From Limisphaerales bacterium (GTDB lineage: Bacteria > Verrucomicrobiota > Verrucomicrobiia > Limisphaerales > SIBE01): a stretch of 42,175 nucleotides of DNA. Below, piece after piece: positions 1-11,177 of this stretch (positions are counted from its first letter, which is position 1; every line of letters starts with the position of its first letter). Position numbers and translations under genes: made by a program. Under the pieces are notes generated by a model that was given only the letters and a program-made list of their open reading frames with translations, was not told the DNA's origin and did not search any database. The DNA lies in NCBI GenBank assembly GCA_044225505.1, contig JBGAIN010000059.1, positions 1-42,175 of the forward strand, in the 5' to 3' direction.

Positions 1-987
1 GACGAAGCGCTATCCGGACAATTTCTCCGCGACCTCGGGTTGCCGCATCCGAAGTATTGTCTGGAGGTGGGGTCGGGGTCCCATGGGGCGCAGACGGCCC
101 GGATCATGGAGCGGATTGAGCCGGTGATGGAGGCTGAACGGCCGGCGGCGGTGCTGGTGGTGGGCGACGTCAACTCGACGTTGGGCGCGGCGCTGGTGGC
201 GGCGAAGATGGGCATTCCGGTGGTGCATGTGGAGGCGGGGCTGCGGAGCTTTGACCGGTCGATGCCGGAAGAGGTGAACCGACTGGCGGTGGATGCGATT
301 TCGGATTTGCTGCTGGCGAGCGAAGAGAGCGGGATGCGGAATCTGCGCGCCGAAGGGGTGCCCGAGAGCCGGATGCGCCTGGTGGGGAATCTGATGATCG
401 ACTCGCTAAGGGCGAACCTTGAGCGCGCCCGGCGGGCGGGGGTACGCGAGCGGTTGGAGATCGTGGGCGACTACGGAGTGGTGACGCTGCATCGCGCGGC
501 GAATGTCGACGATCCGGCGCGGCTGGCGGAGTTGCTGGAGACGCTGGAAGTGATTGCGCGGCGGCAGCCGTTGTATTTTCCGGTGCACCCGCGGACGCGC
601 GCCCGGCTGGAGAGCGCGGGGGTGACGGTGAGCGAACGGATTCACTTGCTCGAGCCATTGGGCTATCTGGAGTTTTTGGGTTTGGTGGCGGACGCGGTGG
701 TAGTACTCACAGATTCGGGCGGGATTCAGGAGGAGACGACGGTGCTGGGGGTGCCGTGCTTGACCTTGCGGGACAATACGGAGCGTCCGGCGACGGTTGA
801 GCAGGGGACGAACGTGCTGGCGGGAACGCGGCGGGAGACTATCCTGGCGGCCTGGTCGGGCTTGCATTGGGGACCGCGGGTACGGCGGGTGCCGGAGGGT
901 TGGGACGGTTGTGCGGCGGGGCGGGTGGTGGAAGCGACGCGGGCGTTTCTCAAGGAGCAGAAACTGGGGTTGGCGAGGGTGGCTTAG
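1..987 (+). CDS. wecB: UDP-N-acetylglucosamine 2-epimerase (non-hydrolysing), 5' end outside the window
   Basis: Frame is open from base 1. Motifs VVGDVNST, HVEAGLRSFDRSMPEEVNR, TLHR, PVHPRT, TDSGGIQEE, RDNTERP. Confidence 0.93.
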   Translation, partial: DEALSGQFLRDLGLPHPKYCLEVGSGSHGAQTARIMERIEPVMEAERPAAVLVVGDVNSTLGAALVAAKMGIPVVHVEAGLRSFDRSMPEEVNRLAVDAISDLLLASEESGMRNLRAEGVPESRMRLVGNLMIDSLRANLERARRAGVRERLEIVGDYGVVTLHRAANVDDPARLAELLETLEVIARRQPLYFPVHPRTRARLESAGVTVSERIHLLEPLGYLEFLGLVADAVVVLTDSGGIQEETTVLGVPCLTLRDNTERPATVEQGTNVLAGTRRETILAAWSGLHWGPRVRRVPEGWDGCAAGRVVEATRAFLKEQKLGLARVA

Positions 988-2098
988 TGGCGAGCCGGGC
1001 GTCGATGGCGAAAACACCGAAAGCAAGCAGAGCGAGAGCCAGGTCGGTGGTTTCGGGTGTGCGTTGAGGCAGGAAGCGCTGGAGTGACTCGGTGATCGCC
1101 AGCAGACTCACCAGCAGCAGGGCGCCCAGTGAGAGACGGAGTCCGGCGTGGCAGTAGATCCAGAGGGTGGAAAGGTAGAGCAGGAGCTTTCCGCTGAGAA
1201 TGCGGAGCGAAGCGGGCCTCGCAGAGCCTTCAATGAGAGGGGCGAAGGGCAGCCACTCAAACGCATGAAGTGGAGCACCGGCCAAGTCGAAGGGCCGGAG
1301 TTGACGGATGACCAGATACAAGGTGAGGAGGAAGGCGAGCGCCACCAAGTGAAGGCGGCGCGGGTGCTGAAACAAGACGGGAGCAGCGAGCAAGGCGAGC
1401 GCTGCGCCAAGCAGAGCACTTGGTGACAAGCTGACATCACGCAGAAATGCCTGGCCGGGGATCAGGAGCGCGGCGCAACCGGTGACGGTGAAGGGGCGAA
1501 GGCTGAGATGTTTCGTAGCGAGGTAGATGGTGGAGAGCGCGAAGAAAATATCAGCAGTCTCAATGAGATTCCAGGCTGGTGGCCAGAGCTGGCCAGGAAT
1601 TTGCAAGAGGCGATGGAGCCGCAAGTGTGGAAGGAACGGGAAGGCGAGCCAGTTAGCCCACGAGCTCAAGAGGGCCAGCGGGACCAGACTTTGGCGGGTA
1701 AGCGTCCACTGCAAGCGGAGCCGTTCCGGCTGAGGAAAACAAACAGCGAGGGCGGCGCCAATGAGCGCACCGATCATGTTGCAAACGACATCGCGCAAGT
1801 TTGCGAAGCGGGTGGGAATGGCGAGTTGCAGGAATTCCACCGAAAGCGATAGCAGAGTGAGTCCGCCGACGACCAGAGAAAAGGTTCGCCAACGGCGTCC
1901 GGGCGAGGTGAACGCCCATTGCCCCACGAGCGCCGGGATCATGTAGAAGGCCAAGTTGACAATGACGTCCGTGAGGTCGCTGCCGTTGTTGATGCCAGAC
2001 CAGAGGAGCGGCTGGGCGAACCCAGCGGCATGAAATTGCCAGGGGTAGAGCGAGAAGTGGACCACCGCCAGGACGGCCAGAACTAACAGGAAGCGCAT
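950..2098 (-). CDS. VanZ-like multi-pass membrane protein
   Basis: Highly hydrophobic, with VanZ-type motifs SVEFLQLAIPTRFANLRDVVCNMIGALIG and ITESLQRFLPQRTPETTDLALA. Confidence 0.75.
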   Translation of the reverse strand: MRFLLVLAVLAVVHFSLYPWQFHAAGFAQPLLWSGINNGSDLTDVIVNLAFYMIPALVGQWAFTSPGRRWRTFSLVVGGLTLLSLSVEFLQLAIPTRFANLRDVVCNMIGALIGAALAVCFPQPERLRLQWTLTRQSLVPLALLSSWANWLAFPFLPHLRLHRLLQIPGQLWPPAWNLIETADIFFALSTIYLATKHLSLRPFTVTGCAALLIPGQAFLRDVSLSPSALLGAALALLAAPVLFQHPRRLHLVALAFLLTLYLVIRQLRPFDLAGAPLHAFEWLPFAPLIEGSARPASLRILSGKLLLYLSTLWIYCHAGLRLSLGALLLVSLLAITESLQRFLPQRTPETTDLALALLAFGVFAIDARLATKPPSPTPVSAP

Positions 2099-2279
2099 GG
2101 GCGAATACGAAGATAACGCGATCGAACGGGGAATGTTCTTTTAAACAGCACCGAGCGAAGCCGGGGCGGACGACCGCCGTGGCGGGCAGGGCGTTGCAGG
2201 GGCCTCGTCGTCAATGTCACCATAGCTTGTAGCCCTGAATGAAATCAAACACTTCGAGTGGCCTGGACAGGTGCGGTAG

Positions 2280-3655
2280 ATGATCCGCCTGTTTCAGGTG
2301 TTCTTCCCCACCAGCGTGTTCGCGCTGTTGATTTCCGACCTGCTGCTTTGTACGGCTTGCTATGTACTGGCGACGTTCATCGTCTACCGGCCGTTCTGGG
2401 ATGTCTATTTAATCGACGAAGAAGGCTGGTTTACGTTAGTACCGGTGGTACTGACGGTGGTGCTGACCTTCTACTACCAGGACATGTACATGAACTTGCG
2501 GGTGCGGAGTCGCACGCTGCTTCTGCAGCAGCTTTCCCTGGCTATCGGCGTGGCTTTGTTAGTGCAGTCTCTGCTGAATTACGGGCGTTCTGATTGGATG
2601 ATGCACCGGCAGATCATGCTGACGGGCAGCCTTCTGACGGTGGCGGTGCTCGGTTCTTACCGGTTGGTTTATGCCAGCCACGTGATCGAGATGCTGGGGC
2701 GGCAGCGGGTGATGGTGCTAGGCCAGAGTCCGGTGCTCGAGGAAGTGACACGTCGGCTTGACGAGCACATGGAACTTGGNNNNNNNNNNNNNNNNNNNNN
2801 NNNNNNNNNNNNNNNNNNNNGTTTGCCGGGGTGCCTTGGCTGGGTCCGATGGCAGAGGTGCGGCGAATTGTCGATGAGGCGAAGCCCGACCGTCTGGTGG
2901 TGGATCCGCGGGCGGCGTTGCCGATGATGGAACTGCTTGACATGCGCTTCCAGGGCCTGGCGATCGAAACAACGGCTACGGCTTATGAAACGGTGTTTGG
3001 CCGTTTGTCCATTCGGGAGTTGCAGCCCGAGGAGTTAGTGTTCACCTCTGAACTGCGGCCCAACGCGGCGTTGATCGGGGTGCAGCAGGCATACTCGTGG
3101 ATGTTGGCTATGATGGCGCTCGTCGTGGCTTTTCCGGTGATGGTGGCAGTCGCAATCGCCGTGAAGCTGAGTTCCCCAGGCCCGATTTTTTATCGGCAGA
3201 CGCGAGTGGGGTTGAATGGCCGGAACTTCACCCTTTACAAGTTTCGTTCGATGGGCGTGAATGCCGAAAAAGGCACTGGCGCCGTATGGGCGACGAAAAA
3301 CGATCCCCGGGTAACGCCGCTGGGGCGGTGGTTGCGGAAGCTACGGCTGGACGAACTGCCGCAGTTGTTCAATGTACTCAAGAGGGAAATGACGATGGTG
3401 GGGCCGCGGCCGGAGCGGCCAGAGTTCGTGAAGATGCTGAGCGAGAAGATCCCTTACTATCGGCAGCGTCACTATGTCCCACCGGGGATTACAGGATGGG
3501 CGCAGATCAACCACAAGTACGGCGACACCATCGAGGACACCGAGAAGAAGCTTGAGTACGATCTCTACTACATCAAGCGCCAAAGCGTCGTTTTCGATTT
3601 CTACATCATGTTCCAGACGGTCAAAGTGATGCTGCTGAGCCGCGGCGCTCAATAG
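2280..3655 (+). CDS. Priming polyprenyl-phosphate sugar phosphotransferase (WcaJ/WbaP-like), spanning an assembly gap
   Basis: N-terminal TM helices (ORF 2280..) and a C-terminal Bac_transf domain (YKFRSM, DPRVT, RLDELPQLFNVL, VGPRPERP, PGITGWAQIN, YDLYYIK). The frame offset coincides with the 41 Ns. Confidence 0.9.
2780..2820. other. Assembly gap (41 N)
   Basis: Run of n characters. Confidence 1.
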
Positions 3656-4827
3656 AGGTGGGACTCAAACTGTTGAGTGATGGCTTGCCAGGAGTAGTTT
3701 TCGTCGACGAGCCGAAACGCGGCTTCGCTTAACGCGCGCGCGAGATTTTTGTTCTCCAGGAGCGACACGGAGGACTGGGCGAATGATTGAGGCGAGTCCG
3801 CAATCAGGATGTTCTCGCCAGCGGTGTGATCCAAACCTTCGGCCCCGATGGTGGTGGAGACGACCGGTACGCGGGCGGCCATCGATTCGTAGATCTTCAG
3901 GCGCGTGCCGCCGCCAATGCGCAGGGGAACAATTGAGAGACCAGCGCCGTGGAGCCAGGGGCGAACGTCAGGGACAGTGCCGGTGACGGTGATATTGGGG
4001 CGATTCGCCAATTGCTGGATGGCGGGGACAGGCTTTCGGCCCACGATGGCGAGAGTGGTCTGGGGACGCTGTTGCAGAATTAGAGGCCAGATTTCGTCGG
4101 TGAACCATTGGATGCCGTCGATATTTGGCATCCAGTCCATGGAGCCGATAAACACCAAGTCGGCGCGGGAGGGGGCGGAGGAAGTGGGTCGGAAGAAGTC
4201 GATGTCGACACCGGTGGGGACGTGGCTGACCTTCGAGACCTGATACCGGGTACGCATCAAGTGGGCGTCGGATTCCGAGACAGCAATGACGTTGCGGACC
4301 GTGCGGCAGACCTGGCCTTCGTAGGCGGCCATGCGGCGAGCTTGAAGGCCAAAATACCAGCGGTGGAGGGGGGTACGACCCTGTTCCGCGTGGCGTTCCC
4401 AAATGACGGCTTCGACGTTGTGTTGGAAAAGGGTGCAGCGCGAGAGATCGGGAAGATTCGGGGCGGGGAATAGAAAGTCGCACACGATGCTGTCGAAACA
4501 ATGGGCGGCGGTTACCTCTCGATACTTGCGAAGAAAAGCATCGGACTTCCAACGCGCTACGGCCACGGGCAGCGGCGAGACGAGACCTTGTAGTAACTGG
4601 AGCACGAAGGCGGGAGAGGTCTTTTCGGGGATGTGGTGCTCGACCGGTTAGGCGAAGGAGCAATATTCAGAGGCGCGGGCGAGGCCTTCAGGCTGGGTCG
4701 GATTGTGGTACGCGAGGTAGTGGACCTCATGGTGCGGATGAAGACGGCGCAGGGTTTCGAGCGTACGAATCTGCCCGCCGCGATCGGTGGGGTGGAGGAA
4801 ATCGGTTTTGACCCAAAGGATTTTCAT
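3649..4827 (-). pseudogene. GT4 family glycosyltransferase interrupted by an in-frame TAA at 4648-4650 (pseudogene or sequencing error)
   Basis: ATG 4827 (MKILWVKTDFLHPTDRGGQIRT) reads to ...SEYCSFA*PVEHHIPEKTSPAFVLQLLQG... in the same frame as ORF 3649..4605, which has GT4 motifs FIGSMDWMPN and PLRIGGGTRLKIYESMA. Confidence 0.8.
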
Positions 4828-4870
4828 ACAGAAGGTGTTGAAGTGTGGCCGGACGTGACCGGCGCTCGAG

Positions 4871-6817
<1,947 letters not shown>

Positions 6818-6844
6818 GCCCTTTCAGTGTAACGATAAAGAGAA

Positions 6845-7975
6845 GTGCTGATATTTGGTTTGAGCGCAGCGGCGCTGGCGTGGGTGCTAGTGGGTTGGCC
6901 GCTTTGGTTGAAATGGCGCGCCGGGAGGTCTCCCCGGCCGTTCCACCGCGGGGACGAACTGCGGTCGATCTCTGTGGTGATTTGCGTGCGAAATGGCGAG
7001 GTTCATCTACGGAGAAAGTTGGAAAGCATCTTGGGGCTGGATTACCCGCGGGAATTGATGGAAGTGGTGGTGGTGAGCGATGGGTCGACCGACGGGACGG
7101 AGCGGATTGCCGAAGAATTCGCCGATCAAGGGGTGCGGTTATTGCGAGTACCTTACGGGGGCAAGCCGGCAGGTTTGAATGCGGCCCTGAAAGTGATTCG
7201 AGGAGAGATTCTGCTCACCACGGACGTACGGCAGGTACTAGAGCCTCAGAGTGTACGACGGCTGATCGCCGGCTTTGCCGATGCAGAAGTTGGAGTGATC
7301 AGTGGCGAATTACTCATCGTGGAGGCTGATACCCGGCAAGAGGCAAACATTGGCATGTACTGGCGGTTTGAGAGCTGGATCCGCCGCCAGTTGAGCTTGG
7401 TGGATTCGATGATGGGGGCCACGGGTCCGTTTTATGCCGTTCGCCGGGGGTTGGTGAGTCCGGTGCCCCCCGAGACGCTGCTGGATGATGTGTACATTCC
7501 ATTGGGGGCCTTTTTCAAGGGGTATCGGCTGGTGGTGGAGCCAGAAGCACGAGCTTACGATTATCCGACTTCGTTGAAGACGGAATTCCGGCGCAAGGTG
7601 CGGACGTTGGCGGGAAACTATCAGCTGTTGAAATTTTATCCGCAATTGCTGGGTCCGCAGAACCGCATGTGGTTCGACTACGTTTCCTACAAGCTGGGCC
7701 GGCTGTTGATGCCGTTTATGCTCATCGCTCTGTTTGTGTCGAGCTTTTGGCTGCCGACGCCGTGGCGGGAGATGGCGTTGGGAGTGCAACTCGCCGGCTA
7801 CGGACTGTCGCTGATTGACGATTGGCTGCCGGAGGGGATGGCGATCAAGAAACTGAGTGGAACGGCGCGGACGTTCGGAGTCATGATGTTGGCGGCGGTG
7901 TGTGCCCTATCGGTTTGCTTTGTGCCGGCGCAACGGCTGTGGACTCCGACGCAGACGCCCGCCAAGAGGGTGTGA
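6845..7975 (+). CDS. GT2 family glycosyltransferase (PgaC/IcaA/CESA-like), membrane anchored
   Basis: SDGSTDGT, GKPAGLN, ATGPFYAVRR, LLDD, EFRRKVRTLAGNYQ; N- and C-terminal TM helices. Confidence 0.88.
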   Translation: MLIFGLSAAALAWVLVGWPLWLKWRAGRSPRPFHRGDELRSISVVICVRNGEVHLRRKLESILGLDYPRELMEVVVVSDGSTDGTERIAEEFADQGVRLLRVPYGGKPAGLNAALKVIRGEILLTTDVRQVLEPQSVRRLIAGFADAEVGVISGELLIVEADTRQEANIGMYWRFESWIRRQLSLVDSMMGATGPFYAVRRGLVSPVPPETLLDDVYIPLGAFFKGYRLVVEPEARAYDYPTSLKTEFRRKVRTLAGNYQLLKFYPQLLGPQNRMWFDYVSYKLGRLLMPFMLIALFVSSFWLPTPWREMALGVQLAGYGLSLIDDWLPEGMAIKKLSGTARTFGVMMLAAVCALSVCFVPAQRLWTPTQTPAKRV

Positions 7976-8559
7976 GCTTTCTACGCCGCATTCTGATGGC
8001 GGTGGGCGCTTTGGCCCTGCTCCTGACGACGACCCCCGTGGTGGAATGGTGGGCGCTTTGGCTGGCAGGCCCATGGGAGGCGCCGAAGGGGGAAACCCTG
8101 GTGGTGCTAGGGGCCGATTCGATGGGCGATGGCATGCTCGGGTACTCAAGCTATATCCGCTCCTACTATGCAGTGCGGGTGTGGCGTGAAGGGGGGGTGC
8201 GCGAGGTGCTCATTCTCGGGCAAGGGGTTTCCGGGCCGATGCGCGACTATCTGATCCAGCATGGGGTGCCGGCAGAGGCGGTGACGGCCGAAATGGTCTC
8301 GCGTACGACCCTCGAGAATGCCCAAGCCGCGAAGAAGCTTTTGGCAGGCCGGGCTGGACGAAGAGTATTGCTGTCGAGCGACTATCATATGCGCCGCGCG
8401 GCGGCCGTATTTCGACTACAGGGACTCGAGGTGGCGACCGTGCCTTTGCCGGACGTGATCAAACGCTCACAAGTCTGGTCTGAACGGATGGGGCTGGCCT
8501 GGATGCTGGGTTGTGAAACAGCAAAACTTGCGTGGTATCGATGGCGGGGATGGGCATGA
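7972..8559 (+). CDS. YdcF/DUF218 (ElyC/SanA-like) protein
   Basis: GTG start overlaps the upstream TGA (GTGA). Motifs LVVLG, SRTTLENA, LSSDYHMRRA. Confidence 0.85.
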   Translation: MSFLRRILMAVGALALLLTTTPVVEWWALWLAGPWEAPKGETLVVLGADSMGDGMLGYSSYIRSYYAVRVWREGGVREVLILGQGVSGPMRDYLIQHGVPAEAVTAEMVSRTTLENAQAAKKLLAGRAGRRVLLSSDYHMRRAAAVFRLQGLEVATVPLPDVIKRSQVWSERMGLAWMLGCETAKLAWYRWRGWA

Positions 8560-8563
8560 GTCG

Positions 8564-9613
8564 TTAGAGCGGGAGGCGCGGGCAGGGAGGCGACTGGGTC
8601 CAGTTGCAGTGAGCAAGCGCCTGCGCGATGAACTTGCTGAACAGGGCGGCCCCTTCTGAGGTGAAGTGGACATAATCGGCGAAGTAGCGGGGGCCGGTGG
8701 GCATGTCGCGTGCGGCATCGACGAGGGTGACCTTCTCTTCCAGGGCGAGCCGGATGGTGACCTGGTTCATGGTCTGCTCCATGCGGACGAAGCCGTCCTC
8801 GCGGAGATTCGGATAGAACTTTCGCCAGGAGATGAGCATGGGCCGTTCCGCGGGCAAGACAGATTTGCCAAAGCGGTTGGCGTGGGTGACCAGGACGGGG
8901 GCGGCGCCATTTTGACGAATCAAGTGGACAGCGGCGCGGAGATCTTCCTCAAAGCGTTGGACCAGTTCCGGAGGCATGTCGTCGAGCAGCGGGCCGTAGG
9001 CGGGTGCTTCGCGCTCGATCTGTCTCTGCTTGAGGCGGGTGGTGAGAGCTTCAGGAAGAATTTGCTTGATGGCCGTCTCGAACCGTGCTTGCATACGGGG
9101 GCGGGGGGCGGGCGGTGGCGGTGGGCCATGATAGTGGGCCATGAAGGGGATCGACAGGTAGTGCGCGACACTGGGATATAGCACGACGACGACGGGTTTT
9201 ACCTGGGCCAAGTGCTCGGGAAGACGCTTGACCGAGGTGGGGAAAGTTTCTCCCGCAAAGCCTGCGTTGACCACCTGGACGCCCGTAAGCTGGCGCTCCA
9301 ACTGGCGCGGCCATTCAAAGCCATCCGGCTCAAACTGGCCGAAGGTTTCCGAAGAACCGATGCAGAGAAGTTTGGGCCGAGAGGGGTCAAGTTCCGGGTT
9401 GCGGAAGCCTAAGCTGTTCAACTGCCACTTGAGATAGCGGGCGTGGGGTTTGCCGCGATTGCCAATGGCATCAAAAGCATTGAGGGTGCCGTTATCGTAG
9501 TTCTCCAATAGCGGGGCGCCGTAGGTAATCCAGTCATCAAACCGGGCACAGACTTCCAGGGTAACGGCGGCGAGCAAGCTCCAGAGGATTGACTTAAGGA
9601 GGAGTTTCGTCAT
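8564..9613 (-). CDS. SGNH/GDSL hydrolase-fold protein, probable periplasmic O-acyltransferase partner of the adjacent MBOAT
   Basis: Probable start ATG 9613 (MTKLLLKS, N-terminal TM), 2 nt after the MBOAT stop. Motifs NSLGFR, CIGSSETFG, VVNAG, DYVHFTSEG (DxxH). Confidence 0.75.
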   Translation of the reverse strand: MTKLLLKSILWSLLAAVTLEVCARFDDWITYGAPLLENYDNGTLNAFDAIGNRGKPHARYLKWQLNSLGFRNPELDPSRPKLLCIGSSETFGQFEPDGFEWPRQLERQLTGVQVVNAGFAGETFPTSVKRLPEHLAQVKPVVVVLYPSVAHYLSIPFMAHYHGPPPPPAPRPRMQARFETAIKQILPEALTTRLKQRQIEREAPAYGPLLDDMPPELVQRFEEDLRAAVHLIRQNGAAPVLVTHANRFGKSVLPAERPMLISWRKFYPNLREDGFVRMEQTMNQVTIRLALEEKVTLVDAARDMPTGPRYFADYVHFTSEGAALFSKFIAQALAHCNWTQSPPCPRLPL

Positions 9614-9615
9614 GT

Positions 9616-11016
9616 CTAGAACTGGAAATAGATGAAGGATTGGGGGGCGCCGCCGCGGAACACCACGAAGTAGGCCATCGTGGCATAGGCGACGACGCGA
9701 AGTTCTGCCGGAATCCAACGGAAGGAAAGGAAGTCGAGGCGGCCGGAGTTGTACTGGATGAGCTCGATGACCAGGAGCGGTAGGGTGTAGGCGGCGATGG
9801 GAGCGGCTAACGACCAATCGACGTGCCAGGGGTGGAAGAAGGAAGCGGTCATGCCGGCAACTTGCTGCAGCGACGTGGCGCGAAACAACAGCCAGCCGTA
9901 GCAGGTGAATTGGAAGAAAACGAGGATCAGCAGAGGGCGGGGAAGCGGGAAATTATCGAAAGCGGACCTAAACCGGCGGTGAAGGATCAAGAGGGATCCG
10001 TGATAGAAGCCCCAGAGCAGGAAGTTCCAAGCGGCGCCGTGCCAAAACCCACCAATGACCATCGTCAGCATGAGGTTGCGATAGGTCGAGGCCTCGTTGC
10101 CGCGATTGCCGCCCAGGGGAATGTAGAGGTAGTCCCGGAGCCAACTGGAAAGACTGATGTGCCAGCGATTCCAGAAGTCGGAGGGGTTAGTGGCGAAGTA
10201 TGGCAGATTGAAGTTCAACATGAACTCGAACCCCATGATCTTCGCAAGTCCCCGCGCGACATCGGTATAGCCGGAAAAGTCGCAGTAAATCTGGATGGCG
10301 AAAGCGTAGACTCCCATCAGGGATTGCCAGCCATTTGGATCCGGAAGGGAAAACAGCTGATTGGCAAGCGGGGCGAGGTTATCGGCGATGAAAACCTTCT
10401 TAAAGAAGCCCCAGAAGATGAGGTGGATTCCGGCAACTACCCCTTCACTGGTGATCGTCCGGGGCTGGGTGACCTGGGGGAGTAGGCTGTGGGCACGTTG
10501 GATGGGGCCAGCGACGAGGTGGGGGAAATAAAGCACACACAGAAGGAAGTCGAAGAAACTATCGGTGGCATGAATTTGACCGCGGTAGACGTCGATGGTG
10601 TAGCTGAGAGCCTGGAAGGTATAGAAGGAAATTCCAACAGGGAGGATGACCTGGAGGGTCCAGAGTTCAACAGGGATGCCGAGCGACGAAAGCAGGGTAT
10701 GGAGGTTGGAGGAAAAGAAGTCGAAATACTTGAAGAAGCCCAGGAGAGCGAGGTTGGTGACGACCGAAAGGGTGAGCCAAGGCTTGCGATTTTGGGCGGG
10801 TTCACCGGCAAGAATCTGACGCTCCATGCGGACAGCACAGTAGTAGTCGATTGAGGTGGAAATCAACAGGGGGAACAGGAAGCGCCAATCCCAAGAGCCG
10901 TAGAAGTAGCAGCTGGCGACCAGGAGGAAGCGATTTTGAGCCTTGTGCGGAAGGTTGTAGTAGGCCAGCAGGACGACTGGCAGGAAAATGAGAAACTCAA
11001 GCGAATTGAATGACAT
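9616..11016 (-). CDS. MBOAT O-acyltransferase (AlgI/DltB/PatA family)
   Basis: LPVGISFYTFQALSY, FPHLVAGPI, QIYCDFSGY, FWNRWHISLSSWLRDYLYIPLGG, GFWHGAAWNF; C-terminal FIYFQF. Confidence 0.93.
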   Translation of the reverse strand: MSFNSLEFLIFLPVVLLAYYNLPHKAQNRFLLVASCYFYGSWDWRFLFPLLISTSIDYYCAVRMERQILAGEPAQNRKPWLTLSVVTNLALLGFFKYFDFFSSNLHTLLSSLGIPVELWTLQVILPVGISFYTFQALSYTIDVYRGQIHATDSFFDFLLCVLYFPHLVAGPIQRAHSLLPQVTQPRTITSEGVVAGIHLIFWGFFKKVFIADNLAPLANQLFSLPDPNGWQSLMGVYAFAIQIYCDFSGYTDVARGLAKIMGFEFMLNFNLPYFATNPSDFWNRWHISLSSWLRDYLYIPLGGNRGNEASTYRNLMLTMVIGGFWHGAAWNFLLWGFYHGSLLILHRRFRSAFDNFPLPRPLLILVFFQFTCYGWLLFRATSLQQVAGMTASFFHPWHVDWSLAAPIAAYTLPLLVIELIQYNSGRLDFLSFRWIPAELRVVAYATMAYFVVFRGGAPQSFIYFQF

Positions 11017-11177
11017 GTGGGACGAATGAGAGGTTTGAGTTGCAGTGTTCCCGTGCTCGTTAGGATAGCATTACGAAGAACTAGGTCGGCTGGAACTACT
11101 GATCGGGGGAGTCATGTATTCTGGATTTTACGGGGGAAAGTGATGAGGAGAACAAATCGTTTGGCGTTAGGAAATTC

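Noticed and set aside
2280..3655. Apparent frameshift or split of the priming sugar transferase
   Set aside because: The break coincides with the 41-N gap; any true gap length divisible by 3 restores one ORF.
4648..4650. Programmed readthrough or Sec/Pyl recoding of the GT4 stop
   Set aside because: The codon is TAA, not TGA or TAG, and TAA terminates other genes in this window.
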